DNA of 59,293 bases from Limisphaerales bacterium (GTDB taxonomy: Bacteria; Verrucomicrobiota; Verrucomicrobiia; Limisphaerales; JAKEEH01), in contig JAKEEH010000246.1 of NCBI GenBank assembly GCA_022616725.1, forward strand, positions 1-59,293, in the 5' to 3' direction. Shown here in pieces: positions 8,070 to 19,013 of the stretch. The position numbers and the translations under genes are program-made. Numbering within the stretch: position 1 is the first letter of the stretch; each line of letters opens with the position of its first letter. The notes under the pieces are model-generated. The model was not told the origin of the DNA. It did not search any database and saw only the letters and a program-made list of their open reading frames with translations.

Positions 8070-8945
8070 ATGCAGTGTCCGTCCAGCGAATCGAAACGCC
8101 AAATGCCACATAACAAACAACAGGGAACCCACAAGCACCAAAGGCTTTGGTGTTTGTGGTTTGCTCTTTGTTATTTCGCCCTCGCCCGCAACTGCTTTGG
8201 GGCTTCCTACGAAACCGGGTTCCCGACGATTGCCCGATTGTCGCAGGACCTGTTGCGCGCGCTGGAGAAAGAACAGCGCAATGGATTGGTCATGCCGCCG
8301 ATTCTATTGGAAAACGTCCGCACTCCTTACCTTCAGCCAGGCGAGCAGATCGAGGGCAAAACCAATCACCAAGCCGTGTTCATTTCCGCCGCTACGATAG
8401 ATGTTCTCAATTACGTCGCCCATGCCAACGCCATTGATCGCGTCGATCCCGGCTTTCTGAAGAAGGCAATCAACAGCCTGGCCACTGCCAACGGAGAGGA
8501 ACTCGCGGCGCTCTATCAGCCGACGCATCATAAGGCCTGGTCTTTCAACACCATGAACCAGCAGGCCAGCCACTTTAATCAGATGGCTGGATGTCTTGTG
8601 GCTATCGACATGGCGCACCATTACCTCGGCCATTACAAGAAATACGCCAAACAACTCGGCAGCGGCAAGAACCTGACGCCGCTCTACAGCGTGATCACGC
8701 CGCAGGATTGGCGCGAAGCTGTTCTGCGCGGCTCGCGGCACGCCCTGGATTGCGCCCTGGCGCCGGAAGGCCTGATCGTGTTTTACGACGCGCTCTCTCG
8801 CATGCCGACGCGTCCGGCGTGGAGCCTCCATTTCATGCCCCCCGCCGCCGAGGTGATGATCCTGCGCCTTGAACTTCAGCGAGTAGAAGCGCGGTTTTTC
8901 GATGGTCGCACCACCTCGGGTGACAACATGATCTGGACCTGGTAG
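8070..8945 (+). CDS. Hypothetical secreted protein
   Basis: ORF 7836-8945 overlaps the AKR start. Internal ATGs at 8070 and 8103 precede a signal-like segment (LWCLWFALCYFALARNCFGA). No family recognised. Confidence 0.5.
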   Translation: MQCPSSESKRQMPHNKQQGTHKHQRLWCLWFALCYFALARNCFGASYETGFPTIARLSQDLLRALEKEQRNGLVMPPILLENVRTPYLQPGEQIEGKTNHQAVFISAATIDVLNYVAHANAIDRVDPGFLKKAINSLATANGEELAALYQPTHHKAWSFNTMNQQASHFNQMAGCLVAIDMAHHYLGHYKKYAKQLGSGKNLTPLYSVITPQDWREAVLRGSRHALDCALAPEGLIVFYDALSRMPTRPAWSLHFMPPAAEVMILRLELQRVEARFFDGRTTSGDNMIWTW

Positions 8946-9014
8946 TGCGCGTCTCCGGTAGCGATGGTCTGGCGACGGACGAGATCTTTCGCCGCACGAT
9001 CTTTGAGCAAATTT

Positions 9015-9866
9015 TTAATTGACAAACTCCAGCTCCGGCTCTCGTGCGATCAACCCTCTCGCCCGAGCCTTCCCCAGGAAGCGTCGGATCGATTCGCGAC
9101 CCTTGTCTCCGTAATCCAGCGTCCAATGGTTGACGTACATTCCGACGAACTTATCCGCGAGGTCCCGGCCCATGTCTCGGGCGTATTGCAGCGCGTGCTG
9201 AACCGCCTCCGCGCGATGCTCGAGACTGTATTGGATGCTCGCGCCAAGGATCTGTGAAATCACCGAACGGGTGGCGGTGTCGAACCGCTTATGGATCACA
9301 TTGCCGCCCAGTGGCAAAGGCAACCCTTCGTTTTCCCGCGCCCACCACGCTCCTAAATCTTCACAAAGCGCCAAGCCCTCCTTGTCGTAAGTAAGCTGGC
9401 CTTCGTGAATAATCAGTCCGACCTGTGCCTTGCCCAAACGCACGGCCTCGAAAACCCTGTCGAACGGAACCACTATGTAGTCGATCTCACTCCCGGGCCG
9501 CTCCAGCCACAGTTGCAGCGCCAGGAAGGCGCTCGTCATCGTGCCCGGGACGGCGATCCGTTTGTCGGCGATCTCGTTTCTGGTGAATTTCTCTTTGGAG
9601 ACCAGCATTGGGCCGTAGCCGTCGCCCATGCTCGCGCCGCTCGGCAGCAGAGCGTATTTGTCCGAAACATAAGCATAGGCATGGATGCTGATCGCTGAAA
9701 TATCCAGTTCGCCGCGGGTGGCCCGTTCGTTCAACGTTTGAATATCCTGGAGAATGTGTTCGAAGGTAAACCCGTGGGTCGGGATCAATTCCCGCGCGAG
9801 GGCGTAAAACATGAACGCGTCATCCGGATCTGGCGAATGCCCGAGCGTCAACTTTCGCGGTGCCAT
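9015..9866 (-). CDS. MqnA/MqnD/SBP-family protein (futalosine-route menaquinone biosynthesis family)
   Basis: [19 protein letters not shown]...[15 protein letters not shown] resembles the SPCPND-type N-terminus of the MqnD/MqnA family. ATG 9866 is preferred over TTG 9875. Confidence 0.7.
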   Translation of the reverse strand: MAPRKLTLGHSPDPDDAFMFYALARELIPTHGFTFEHILQDIQTLNERATRGELDISAISIHAYAYVSDKYALLPSGASMGDGYGPMLVSKEKFTRNEIADKRIAVPGTMTSAFLALQLWLERPGSEIDYIVVPFDRVFEAVRLGKAQVGLIIHEGQLTYDKEGLALCEDLGAWWARENEGLPLPLGGNVIHKRFDTATRSVISQILGASIQYSLEHRAEAVQHALQYARDMGRDLADKFVGMYVNHWTLDYGDKGRESIRRFLGKARARGLIAREPELEFVN

Positions 9867-9918
9867 GGCGTGCAACTTATGCTGTTGATTCGGACATCAC
9901 AACGCCCGACTCCACAAA

Positions 9919-10010
9919 ACGAATTTCGAAGCCCGAATTCCGAACTCCGAAGGAAGCCCCCATTCCGAAGCCCGAAATTCGTCCTTCGAGCGTCGGATTT
10001 CTTTCGGGTG
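9919..10010. repeat. CCGAA/TTCGG-rich intergenic element, one arm of the family seen at 22204-22386 (opposite orientation)
   Basis: acgaatttcgaagcccgaattccgaactccgaaggaagcccccattccgaagcccgaaa is the near-exact reverse complement of 22303-22365. The same peptide [16 protein letters not shown] appears in spurious ORFs at both sites. Confidence 0.8.
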
Positions 10011-10096
10011 CGATGCAAAATCATAAGTGTCTCTCTGTCAGAAGGAGCATTTGTGCTAGACGGAATTGCTATACACGCGAAACTACGCCGGAACGT

Positions 10097-11491
10097 ATGA
10101 CGACCACCATCGCCCTGTTCGGCGCGGCCGGAAATATGGGTACCCGCATCTGCAACGCTCTGAAGAGCGATCCTGAATACCGGCTCCTCCCGATTGAATC
10201 AGCCGAAGAAGGCAGGGCGAAATTGCGCGAGCAAGGCTTGGCTCCGGTCGATAAATCCGAAGCGCTGCCGCAGGCCGATGTCGCCATCCTCGCCGTTCCT
10301 GACGCGCTTATTGGCGCCGTCGCCCACGACGTCGTCCCCGGCCTAAAGAGCGGTGCGATGTTGATTTGCCTTGACCCGGCTGCGCCCCATGCCGGCCGGC
10401 TGCCGCAACGTCCTGATGTCTCCTACTTCGTCACCCACCCGGCGCACCCGCCGGTTTTTAATGATGAACAAACCGCGGAAGCGCGTCGGGATTTCTTCGG
10501 CAGCGGCATCGCCAAACAAGCGCTCGTCAGCGCGCTCATGCAGGGCCCGGAATCCGACTATGTCCGAGGCGAGGCCATCGCGCGCAAAATCTTCGGCCCG
10601 ATTCTGCGCTCACACCGTGTCACCGTCGAACAGATGGCGATGTTGGAGCCGGCACTTTCGGAGACCGTCGCTGCCACGTGCATCACAATCATGCGCGAAG
10701 CGATGGACGAAGCCAGTCGCCGCGGCGTGCCGGCGGAGGCGGCGCGCGACTTTCTTCTGGGCCATATCTGGATTGAACTCGCCATTGTCTTCAACGAGAC
10801 GCCCTGGCACTTCTCCGCCGGGGCGCAGAAAGCCATTGACGACGCGAAGAAGCTGTTGTTTCAGCCGGATTGGAAGAAAGTATTTGACGAAAAATATCTC
10901 CGTGAAAGTGTCGAGCGCCTCAGCAGCGACGCCTCCCCATTGACCCAAGCTGAAGCTCCTTCAACCGGACCTGTCGCCGATTCGACACTTCGCCGCTTTG
11001 ACCCTTCAACCTCCTCATCAGAATTCCGCCAACTGGACCCTCGCGTTATCAAACTTTGGCGCGTCCGCCACGCCATCACGTCCGGCGTGCTGCTCGGGTT
11101 GGCGATGATCGCTGGCTTATCCGCGGGCCTCGCGACCGGTAATTGGCTTTGGCCCCTGCTTGGCTGGCACGCGCTTCTGGTGCTCAGGCTCGTTTTGTTT
11201 GTCTGGTATCCGGCCCGCGCCTATCGCGCGTGGGGTTATCGTCTGGACGGGAAGGTCCTCGAAACGCGCCGGGGTATCTGGTTCAAGATCGTGCAACTGC
11301 TGCCGCTGTCGCGCCTGCAACACGTCGATTTGCACAATGGTCCCATCGAGCGTTCATTCGGGCTTGCCTCGCTTTTGTTGCACACTGCGGGCACGCAACA
11401 CGCCAGCATCATCATTCCCGGGCTGGATGCCGCAGAGGCTGGCCGGCTCCGCGATGAACTTGTCGCAATCGGAGGCGATGATGCCGTCTGA
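10097..11491 (+). CDS. Fusion protein: Rossmann-fold NAD(P)-binding dehydrogenase-like domain + YdbS-like membrane PH (bPH_2) domain
   Basis: ATG 10097 gives [18 protein letters not shown] (GxxGxxG). The C-terminal roughly 150 aa have two TM helices followed by [52 protein letters not shown], the bacterial PH-domain YdbS pattern. Confidence 0.7.
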   Translation: MTTTIALFGAAGNMGTRICNALKSDPEYRLLPIESAEEGRAKLREQGLAPVDKSEALPQADVAILAVPDALIGAVAHDVVPGLKSGAMLICLDPAAPHAGRLPQRPDVSYFVTHPAHPPVFNDEQTAEARRDFFGSGIAKQALVSALMQGPESDYVRGEAIARKIFGPILRSHRVTVEQMAMLEPALSETVAATCITIMREAMDEASRRGVPAEAARDFLLGHIWIELAIVFNETPWHFSAGAQKAIDDAKKLLFQPDWKKVFDEKYLRESVERLSSDASPLTQAEAPSTGPVADSTLRRFDPSTSSSEFRQLDPRVIKLWRVRHAITSGVLLGLAMIAGLSAGLATGNWLWPLLGWHALLVLRLVLFVWYPARAYRAWGYRLDGKVLETRRGIWFKIVQLLPLSRLQHVDLHNGPIERSFGLASLLLHTAGTQHASIIIPGLDAAEAGRLRDELVAIGGDDAV

Positions 11492-13043
11492 ACCGCCGCC
11501 TCTGCCGCCGCCCTCTCCCCCGCCGATACCGTTGAGGGCTCCACAGGCGCCGGCTGGACCGCGGGTGGAAGGCCGCTTGCATCCATTCACTCTTTTCTTC
11601 GCGTTATGGAACGCGATTCGCAACTTTATCATTCCAGCGGTGGTCATCCTTTTCTTTGGCCGCCGCCGCGACCCGGATACCTATATTTGGATCGCCGGGC
11701 TTTTCATCGGTTTGCCGGTGGTTTGGTCGATTGTTCGTTATTTTACGTTTTCTTACCGCATTGAACACGGCGAACTGATCACCCGGCAGGGGTTGCTTGG
11801 CCGCACGCAGCGAAACATCCCGCTGACCCGCGTCCAGGATATCCGCATCGAACAGGGCGTGCTCCATCGCATGTTCAAGGTCGCCGACGTATTCGTCGAA
11901 ACCGCCGGTGGTCGTGGCCCGGAGGCAGCGCTTTCGGTGCTGTCGCGCCGCGAAGCAGATCGGTTGCGCGCCGCAGTGTTTGATCAGGCGGCTGTCCGGA
12001 CAGGCCCGGCCTTTGCCGAGACACCGCCGGTCGAACGGCAGGTCATTCGCCAACTCACAATTCGCGACCTGGTGCTTGCCGGCATTACCTCCAACCGCAC
12101 TGCCTCGGTGCTCGCGGTTCTGGCCGTGCTCTGGCAATTCCTGGACGACATTCTCCCGCGAAATGCTTACGAGGAGTTCGTCAAGCGAATTGCCGCCCGT
12201 GCCGCCGAGTGGCAGGACAGCATCTCCTGGCTTCCCATCCTGCTGGGAATCATCGCTATTATCGTCATCGGCATGGTGTTCTCCATCATCGGATCGATCA
12301 TCATGTTTTATGGCTTTTCCCTGTCACGCAGCGGCGAAGACATTTATCGCTCCTACGGCCTCTTTACCCGCCGTTCGAGCAGTCTTCCGCGCCGCCGCAT
12401 CCAACTGCTGAAAATCGAGGAAACGTGGCTGCGTCGTCTGTTCAAGCTTGCCACCTTGCGCGCGGACACCGCTGGCGCCCAGATTGGTCCCAACAAGGAT
12501 GAGCAAAGCGGGCGCGATGTTCTGCTCCCCGTCGTCCCCAGGAAGGATATCGATTCGGTGCTCCCAACGTTTTTCCCAGATCTCGACGACGCCAATGGCG
12601 CATGGCGCCAGGTCTCGCGGCGCGCCATTCGCCGCGGCACTAAAAAAGGCGCCGCCGTTTGCATCCTCTTCGCTGCGGCTTCTTGTGCTATCCAACAAAG
12701 CTGGCACGGGTTATGGCCACTGCTCTTCATTCCCGGGGTTTACATCCTCAATGTCATGAGCTACCGCCACCTCGGCTATTTACCCGGCGAACGCTTCTTC
12801 CGGACGCGTTCCGGCTGGCTGAGCCGCGCCACGCATGTCATCCCCCTCCGTAACATCCAGTCAGTGGTCATCCGGCAAACGCCTTTTGATCGCCGCCATC
12901 GCGTGGCCACACTGCTGGTCGATTCCGCCGGGCAGACCCACACCGGAGGTGGTCCTCGCATCAACAACGTCCCGTGGGACGACGCATTGGCCGTCGCCCG
13001 TGATGTCGCCCAACGCGCCTCGCGCACCCGCTACCGCGTGTGA
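11478..13043 (+). CDS. YdbT-like membrane protein with repeated bacterial PH (bPH_2) domains
   Basis: ATGATG at 11478 overlaps the previous stop by 14 nt. There is a Pro-rich N-terminus, then TM pairs each followed by [35 protein letters not shown]-type segments; at least two more such units follow. Confidence 0.7.
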   Translation: MMPSEPPPLPPPSPPPIPLRAPQAPAGPRVEGRLHPFTLFFALWNAIRNFIIPAVVILFFGRRRDPDTYIWIAGLFIGLPVVWSIVRYFTFSYRIEHGELITRQGLLGRTQRNIPLTRVQDIRIEQGVLHRMFKVADVFVETAGGRGPEAALSVLSRREADRLRAAVFDQAAVRTGPAFAETPPVERQVIRQLTIRDLVLAGITSNRTASVLAVLAVLWQFLDDILPRNAYEEFVKRIAARAAEWQDSISWLPILLGIIAIIVIGMVFSIIGSIIMFYGFSLSRSGEDIYRSYGLFTRRSSSLPRRRIQLLKIEETWLRRLFKLATLRADTAGAQIGPNKDEQSGRDVLLPVVPRKDIDSVLPTFFPDLDDANGAWRQVSRRAIRRGTKKGAAVCILFAAASCAIQQSWHGLWPLLFIPGVYILNVMSYRHLGYLPGERFFRTRSGWLSRATHVIPLRNIQSVVIRQTPFDRRHRVATLLVDSAGQTHTGGGPRINNVPWDDALAVARDVAQRASRTRYRV

Positions 13044-13135
13044 CTGCATGTCGTAGCCCGATTTATGCGGTACACTTGAAATTTCCGCTTCAGATACGCC
13101 TGCGAATGCCTCAAAATGACTGAGGAGTCACTGTT

Positions 13136-14485
13136 ATGAACGCAACCAAACTCATCCGCCGCTGTTTGCGGAACTATCTCTTAGCCATGGCTTTCTCTGC
13201 CGCGCCATTCCTTGCCTGCGCTTCGGAGAAGACCGAATTTTCTCCTCCCCCCGGGGAACAACAGCTTCCCCGCGCGATGCATTCGAAAATGGCCCATCGG
13301 CCTGTCGTCACAGTGGGTCAGCATGACGCTGCGATCGTTGGCAAGGATAACCGCGCTCTGCAAGCCGCCGTCGATTACGTTGCGGCGTTGGGCGGCGGTG
13401 TTGTCGAGATTGGCCCGGGCGAATATCTGATGCGCGACTCCCTCCATCTGCGCTCCTTTGTCACCGTGCGCGGCACCCCCGACAAAACAATTCTGCGCAA
13501 AGCAAAGGCCGCGACGTCGTCTCTCGCCCTCGACGGCGATTACGGCGAAGAACAAATCACTCTCGTCAATGCGGATGGTTTTAGGATCGGCGACGGCGTC
13601 GCGATCTGGGACACCAAATCCGGCGGCTTCCACACTACCGTGGCCCGGATCACCGGACAGAGCGGCAATACTTTTTCCATCGACAAGCCGTTGAATGCCG
13701 ATTGCATGGTCGCCAACAAAGCCCAGGCCGCGACCGTCTTTCCGGTCGTCAGCGGTTACCATCTGGAAGGCGCGCGCGTGGAGCACCTGATCATCGACGG
13801 CAACAAAGAAGAAAACATTTCCCTGAACGGTTGCCGGGGCGCCGGGATTTTTCTCTATCGCGCCTTCGGAACTGCCATCGAGCATTGCGTCACCCGCAAT
13901 TATCACGGTGACGGCATCAGCTTTCAACAATCCAACGATGTTCTCGTGCAAGATTGCACCAGCGAAGACAACGCCGGATTGGGCATCCATCCCGGCAGCG
14001 GCTCGCAACGTCCGGTAGTGCGCGCATGCGTCGCCCGCGGCAACGGCGAGGACGGCCTGTTCCTCTGCTGGCGCGTGCGCCATGGTCTGTTTGAGAAAAA
14101 TCTCCTCGAGAACAATGGCCGCTTCGGCATTTCGATTGGCCACAAAGACACCGACAACCTGTTGCAACACAATACCGTCCGCGCCAACCATCAGGACGGC
14201 GTTTTCTTCCGCAATGAAAGCGTCGGCATGGCCGGCCACCGCAATCGACTCGAGCACAACGTCATTGAAGACAACGGGTGGAAAGCGGACGCCGCAGGAA
14301 TCCGTGTTCGCGGCGAGACGAAAGACCTCCTCTTTAAAAATAATATCATCCGCGACACCCGTCCGGCTGAAACTCGCAAGCAATCCGTCGGCATTCGCAT
14401 CGAGGAAAGCGTTGGAAATGTCTCACTTGACAATAATCAAATCGATGCCAGAACCCCGGTGGACGACAGGCGAAAATCTAAATAG
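13136..14485 (+). CDS. Secreted right-handed parallel beta-helix repeat protein (pectate-lyase/NosD-like fold)
   Basis: Signal peptide (LLAMAFSAAPFLACASE), then GGGVVEIGPGEYLM...VTVRG and repeated about 22-aa G/N/D-rich turns (NGCRGAGIFL, HGDGISF, NAGLGIHP, GEDGLFL, NGRFGISIG). Confidence 0.75.
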   Translation: MNATKLIRRCLRNYLLAMAFSAAPFLACASEKTEFSPPPGEQQLPRAMHSKMAHRPVVTVGQHDAAIVGKDNRALQAAVDYVAALGGGVVEIGPGEYLMRDSLHLRSFVTVRGTPDKTILRKAKAATSSLALDGDYGEEQITLVNADGFRIGDGVAIWDTKSGGFHTTVARITGQSGNTFSIDKPLNADCMVANKAQAATVFPVVSGYHLEGARVEHLIIDGNKEENISLNGCRGAGIFLYRAFGTAIEHCVTRNYHGDGISFQQSNDVLVQDCTSEDNAGLGIHPGSGSQRPVVRACVARGNGEDGLFLCWRVRHGLFEKNLLENNGRFGISIGHKDTDNLLQHNTVRANHQDGVFFRNESVGMAGHRNRLEHNVIEDNGWKADAAGIRVRGETKDLLFKNNIIRDTRPAETRKQSVGIRIEESVGNVSLDNNQIDARTPVDDRRKSK

Positions 14486-14558
14486 ATCCTGGCGCCGGGA
14501 CCCGTTGAATTATGGCAAGCGCCCTGCTGACAGGGAAACGCAGGCCACTGCACTGAGT

Positions 14559-14795
14559 ATGAACGCGATGCTGCTGATCAAAACGCTGTTTTTTATGGCG
14601 GTTCTGCTGCTCCTCGTAATGATGGGGGTGCACAACCGGGGGACGGTGGATTTCAATTTGCCGCCGGTATTGAAGAATGTCATCCAGCAGCCGGCTGCGC
14701 TGATGTATTTCGCCTTTTTTGCCGTGGGCGTGGTCACGGGTTGCATCCTGAGCCTCGGTCGCAAGCCCAAACCTGCGGGCAAAGAACAGAAATAA
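14559..14795 (+). CDS. LapA-domain (DUF1049-like) small inner-membrane protein
   Basis: 78 aa from ATG 14559 with two TM helices flanking HNRGTVDFNLPPV, matching the LapA/DUF1049 layout. Confidence 0.55.
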   Translation: MNAMLLIKTLFFMAVLLLLVMMGVHNRGTVDFNLPPVLKNVIQQPAALMYFAFFAVGVVTGCILSLGRKPKPAGKEQK

Positions 14796-14838
14796 CACTG
14801 TCAAGAAATCTGACAGACTGTCCCATTTGGGGTCGGGA

Positions 14839-16563
14839 TTAACGATACAGACCCGTCTTCTCCCGAATGAGCGCTCCGAGATTGCGATTGAGTTTCTCCT
14901 GGTCGGCGGCGACGTCGCTGATACTGCCCAGATAATCGCCGGCGCGGTTGAGAAGGTCGGCGCGTTTCTCGGCTTCGCTGACGATCCTGGCCAATTGATG
15001 CTCGCTCGAGGTAACCCCGGGACCGGTCGCATTGTTGTTATCCTCAGCCTCGAGCCAATACTCAATCGTGTTGCCTTCGGACAAAGCCGGACGCAAATCG
15101 CCGAGGCGCCACTCGTGACGGCGGCGAAGGCGCTGCGGGTTTTCCTGCTGCAGATCCAGTTCGAGAGTCCCCTCGGCCGGTTCCTCTCCCGATGGCGGAG
15201 CAATGGGGCCCGGGTGGATTTTGTAGCGCAACCGCAGTTTAGACACTGCGAAGTCATCCGTCACATCGATGCCGACAAGCATCGTCGCGTGTCGCGTAAC
15301 CAGTTCCTCGCGGCGCTCGGGATATGTGATTTTCACGACCGGCGGCCTGTCGGGAATTACGTCCACTCGGTAAACTGCACTGTCACGTGATTCCATGTTT
15401 TCGGTGTCAAGCATCGAGATGCTGAAGCCGTTCATTCCTTTGGCTGGCACCGTGAACTCTCCCCAGAGCTGCCTCGGCTGTTGGGGGTCGAGCTTCAGTG
15501 GAATCTCCGCATCGACGCCGGACAATTGGATGGCTCCGTTTTGCAGGTCTTTTGTGGCGACAATGTTCAGCCTCAGGACGCTGCCGGCGAGGAGCGACAA
15601 ATCGCCGAGCGCCCGCTTCAATGGTTTCAGCCCCGTATAGGCGGGGAACTCCTGGTCGCATTCCATCGTGGCGACGGTTGGCCGCGGCACGGTCGTGACC
15701 GTATGCGTGGCGCTGCGCCCATCGTTGAGAAAAACGGTATAGGTAAAGGAGTCCTGAACGTTTTCAATCGTGGCCGCGAAATGAATTTTATTGGCGCGGT
15801 TTTGTTGCAGAGGATAAGTGTGCGTGCGGCGCGAGCGGTATTTCACTTCCACCTGGCCGTGGGTGGGAACGATTCCCTGGACATAGGCTTCCAGCCTGAC
15901 CGTGTCGCCGCGGCCGATTATTTTGTCACCGTCTGGAACGATCACGCGGGTTTTGCGCGGGACGGGGACGCTGGACAGGAAAACGCGCTTGAGAAGATCA
16001 ACCGTCATCGTCCGGCCGTAAATGAACCCGCCGAGGCCGACTATGAGCACGACAAGCGCGACCATCCCAAAGCGATGGAGGCGCTCGAGCGGGACGATTT
16101 TCGGGAAATCGACAGCCTGCGCGAAGGCTTCGGTCTGTTCCACCAGCGCGTCAATCATTCCCACAGAACCGCCTGGCGGAACGGCGCCAGCCCGGGTGAG
16201 TTGCACGGAGGCGATGAGACGTCCGCAAAATTCAGGCCGGGCACGCTCGACCATCAGCGCCAGGTCGTCGTCGTCCGGCTGCCGGACCAATGGGCGGACG
16301 ATCATCCGCAGTACGATGAACGTGAGAATTGCGAGTTGGCCGATGAGGGAGGCCAGCCGTATCGCCCAGGGCAGATCGAGCCACCAGTCGAAGAACAGCG
16401 CGAGGGCGAGTAATTCTACATTCACCGCCATCGCCATGGAAACGCCGATCAGCACCGCCACAATGAGATGCCGTCGCCGCAAGGCGGCGATTTTATGCTG
16501 CAGCAGCGGGCTGGGGTGCACGATTGCTGTGCCGGAGGCTTCTCGGTTTGCTACGGAGCTCAT
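14839..16563 (-). CDS. DUF4175-like membrane protein, last gene of the MoxR/BatA-type operon
   Basis: ATG 16563 forms an ATGA overlap with the upstream stop. TM helices are followed by a long beta-rich extracytoplasmic part and a C-terminal coiled-coil tail. Position and architecture match the terminal gene of these operons. Confidence 0.6.
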   Translation of the reverse strand: MSSVANREASGTAIVHPSPLLQHKIAALRRRHLIVAVLIGVSMAMAVNVELLALALFFDWWLDLPWAIRLASLIGQLAILTFIVLRMIVRPLVRQPDDDDLALMVERARPEFCGRLIASVQLTRAGAVPPGGSVGMIDALVEQTEAFAQAVDFPKIVPLERLHRFGMVALVVLIVGLGGFIYGRTMTVDLLKRVFLSSVPVPRKTRVIVPDGDKIIGRGDTVRLEAYVQGIVPTHGQVEVKYRSRRTHTYPLQQNRANKIHFAATIENVQDSFTYTVFLNDGRSATHTVTTVPRPTVATMECDQEFPAYTGLKPLKRALGDLSLLAGSVLRLNIVATKDLQNGAIQLSGVDAEIPLKLDPQQPRQLWGEFTVPAKGMNGFSISMLDTENMESRDSAVYRVDVIPDRPPVVKITYPERREELVTRHATMLVGIDVTDDFAVSKLRLRYKIHPGPIAPPSGEEPAEGTLELDLQQENPQRLRRRHEWRLGDLRPALSEGNTIEYWLEAEDNNNATGPGVTSSEHQLARIVSEAEKRADLLNRAGDYLGSISDVAADQEKLNRNLGALIREKTGLYR

Positions 16564-19013
16564 TTGAGGTAAGACATCTTCCGCAGCACCCATTCTGTCG
16601 TGACGACCGCGAGCAATATCAGGAAATAAAGCGGCGAAGACCACAACTCGACTTCGAGAGGCGATTGAACCCGCTCGGTCTTCGCGCGAATCGTGTCGGG
16701 CAGTTTGTGCAAGTCTTCTTCGCGGAAAAAAGCTCCACCCGTGGCGGCCGCAAGTTCGCGCAACGTCGTTTCATTCATGGCGGTCGCGCCGAACTCGAAT
16801 TTAGGTTCCGTCACGTTGAAATCGAGAACGGTACCGGGGTCCGGCTCGACAGAGAACTCGTGAGGGCCTGGGGTGGTCACGACAAACTCGCCGCGGTAGA
16901 GGCCCGGCTGTTCGGGGATGGCGCGCAGGTTCACTTCCGAGCGCGGCCCTTGGCCACCCTTAAGGCCGTAGCTGCCTTTAAGAGCGGGCTCCTGAATTGG
17001 CTCAAAGCCCGCACCGTAAAGTCGCGCGTACACGGAGACGCGGTCGCCGGTCATGTAATTCTGACGGTCCGTCGTGAGTTGGGTGCGTTTGGAGCCGCCC
17101 AGCAGGCGCTGGAGGGAAACGCGTTGGGCGATCTGGCCCCAGATTGCGGTGTAGTAACGATCACCCACATTCTTGCGCCAGCGCCAGGTATTGTCGCTGC
17201 CAACATAAAGCACCTGGCCGAGGCCATACTGTTGCACGGCCATGACTGGCATTTTGCCGAACCGCGATTCGCGCGCGGGCTCGGGATCGACCAGCAACAC
17301 TTCGGCGGCGGGCTTGGAGCGAGCGACACGCGCAGCCCAGTAAATGGGCGGGAGCTCCTTCCAGAGCGCGACATTTTCCTGTTCGTTGTCCGCGAGGCGC
17401 AGCATCGGGCTGGCGCGGCCCGCAGAGGTGAGTTCCAGGCGTATCGGTTTGTCGGCCACCGGCTCAAGCGAGCTTTCAATCGATGGCGCGTCAAATTCGA
17501 CCGGCAGCAGATTCTCCAAAACCGTGCGGCGATAGGCGTTGGGCATGAAGCGTTTGCCCGCCACAACCACGAGTGCGCCGCCGAAGCGCGAAACCAGCTC
17601 GTTCAGATTGTCCAGATGCGTGGCGCTCAGGTGGCGCGGGTCCACATCGCCGAGAATGACGAGGTCGTAGCGGAACAACTCTTCTTTCCGCGATGGGAAC
17701 TGCGCAATATAAGGGGAATCTTCGCCGCGGATGATTCCGGGATCGCCTTCAATGAGTAAACAGTTTAGGTCGATGCGGCGATCGCGGAGAAGCATGGCCT
17801 GAAGATAGCGGAATTCCCAGCGGGGGGATTGCTCGACCATCAGTGCCCTGATTTTGGCGTCAATGACTCGCAGGCGCTGCGCCCGGGCGTTGTTGTCCTT
17901 GACGGCTTCGTCGTCTCGCGGGGAAATCGCGGCTTCCAGATCAAATTCGCCCTGGATTTGCGGCGTGAACTTCAGCGACACGACCTGTTCGCCGTCGTCA
18001 GCGAAGGTGATCGATTTTGTCGCGACGGTTTCTGATCCCAGCCGCAAGACGAGATCCGCGGATTCGCCCTTCAAGCCCTGGGAACGGACGCGCGCCGTGA
18101 GGGCTACTTCGTCCTTGACGAAGGTGATTTCCGGCGCAAACAAATGGCTCACGATAATGTCGCGTGGCGAGGTGATGCCGACTCCATAAGCATAGACAGG
18201 CACGTGCTCCTGACGGAGGACAGCCGCGCTTTCAATGGGCTGAGCACCTTTGTTATTGGCGCCATCGGTCAGCAGCAGGATGCCGGCGATTGGTTGGCCG
18301 CGCTTTCGATTCGACACTTCCTGGAGGCTGTCTCCGAGGGCTGTCGCGGGGCTCTCCGCCTGAAGTTGCTTGACCCACGGGAAATTCTCCACAGTGACTT
18401 TCTTTTGGCGCGGCTCGGAATTGGTGGTCTGCTCGCGACGGGCGGAGATCTCAAGGAGGTTTTGCCCAAAAGTGAAGGCCGCAAGGTCAAAGTCGCGATC
18501 CAGGCGCGGCAGCAGATTTAGCCGTGGGTTTTGCAGGGCGCTCCTGGCGACGTCGATGCGGGCAATCTGCTCGTATTCACGCGCCGTGTTCCTGTCCTGT
18601 TGCTGTCCCAGGCCTTTCTGCGGGTCGAGCGCCCCGCGAGCGATGGCGGCGCGCTTCTGTTCCGCCGGATCCAGGCGCGGGTCCCTGATTTGCATGCTGG
18701 CGCTGGTGTCGATCATGACGACGAGGAGTTGGCGGATGCTGCCCTCGACGGTGAGGGCAAGGACCGGGCGCAGGAGCAACCCGAGAATCAGGGCAACGAA
18801 GAGAATGCGCAGCGCCGCCAGCGTGTTCCTGCGCCGCGCCGACATGGGCACCGGAGTGGCGCGATACATCCCATACAGCCCCCCGCCGAGCAGGAGCAGA
18901 AGGAACACGACCCAGCCAGTGGAAACACCACCGCGAAAGGCAAGCGAGGCGCGGGCAATATCAACCGCTTGATCCACGTTGACGCCGAGTAACTTCAGGA
19001 AAAGTTCCGTCAT
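16560..19013 (-). CDS. vWA-domain membrane protein with glutamine-amidotransferase-like C-terminal region
   Basis: N-terminal TM helices, the MIDAS-type motif VVMIDTSASMQ...ILLLTDGANN, and an ATGA overlap with the BatA-like gene at 19010-19013. Confidence 0.75.
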   Translation of the reverse strand: MTELFLKLLGVNVDQAVDIARASLAFRGGVSTGWVVFLLLLLGGGLYGMYRATPVPMSARRRNTLAALRILFVALILGLLLRPVLALTVEGSIRQLLVVMIDTSASMQIRDPRLDPAEQKRAAIARGALDPQKGLGQQQDRNTAREYEQIARIDVARSALQNPRLNLLPRLDRDFDLAAFTFGQNLLEISARREQTTNSEPRQKKVTVENFPWVKQLQAESPATALGDSLQEVSNRKRGQPIAGILLLTDGANNKGAQPIESAAVLRQEHVPVYAYGVGITSPRDIIVSHLFAPEITFVKDEVALTARVRSQGLKGESADLVLRLGSETVATKSITFADDGEQVVSLKFTPQIQGEFDLEAAISPRDDEAVKDNNARAQRLRVIDAKIRALMVEQSPRWEFRYLQAMLLRDRRIDLNCLLIEGDPGIIRGEDSPYIAQFPSRKEELFRYDLVILGDVDPRHLSATHLDNLNELVSRFGGALVVVAGKRFMPNAYRRTVLENLLPVEFDAPSIESSLEPVADKPIRLELTSAGRASPMLRLADNEQENVALWKELPPIYWAARVARSKPAAEVLLVDPEPARESRFGKMPVMAVQQYGLGQVLYVGSDNTWRWRKNVGDRYYTAIWGQIAQRVSLQRLLGGSKRTQLTTDRQNYMTGDRVSVYARLYGAGFEPIQEPALKGSYGLKGGQGPRSEVNLRAIPEQPGLYRGEFVVTTPGPHEFSVEPDPGTVLDFNVTEPKFEFGATAMNETTLRELAAATGGAFFREEDLHKLPDTIRAKTERVQSPLEVELWSSPLYFLILLAVVTTEWVLRKMSYLK

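Noticed and set aside
9860-10096. N-terminal extension of ORF 9860-11491, and likewise 11160-11477 of ORF 11160-13043
   Set aside because: The first reads through the CCGAA-rich repeat element and overlaps the mqn-family gene start. The second overlaps the preceding CDS. Internal ATGs at 10097 and 11478 give sensible N-termini.
13181-14383. 400-aa minus-strand ORF
   Set aside because: It is the antisense shadow of the beta-helix gene 13136-14485, which has a signal peptide and recognisable repeats. The product is Ala/Gly/Val-rich with no motif, as is typical of GC-rich antisense frames.
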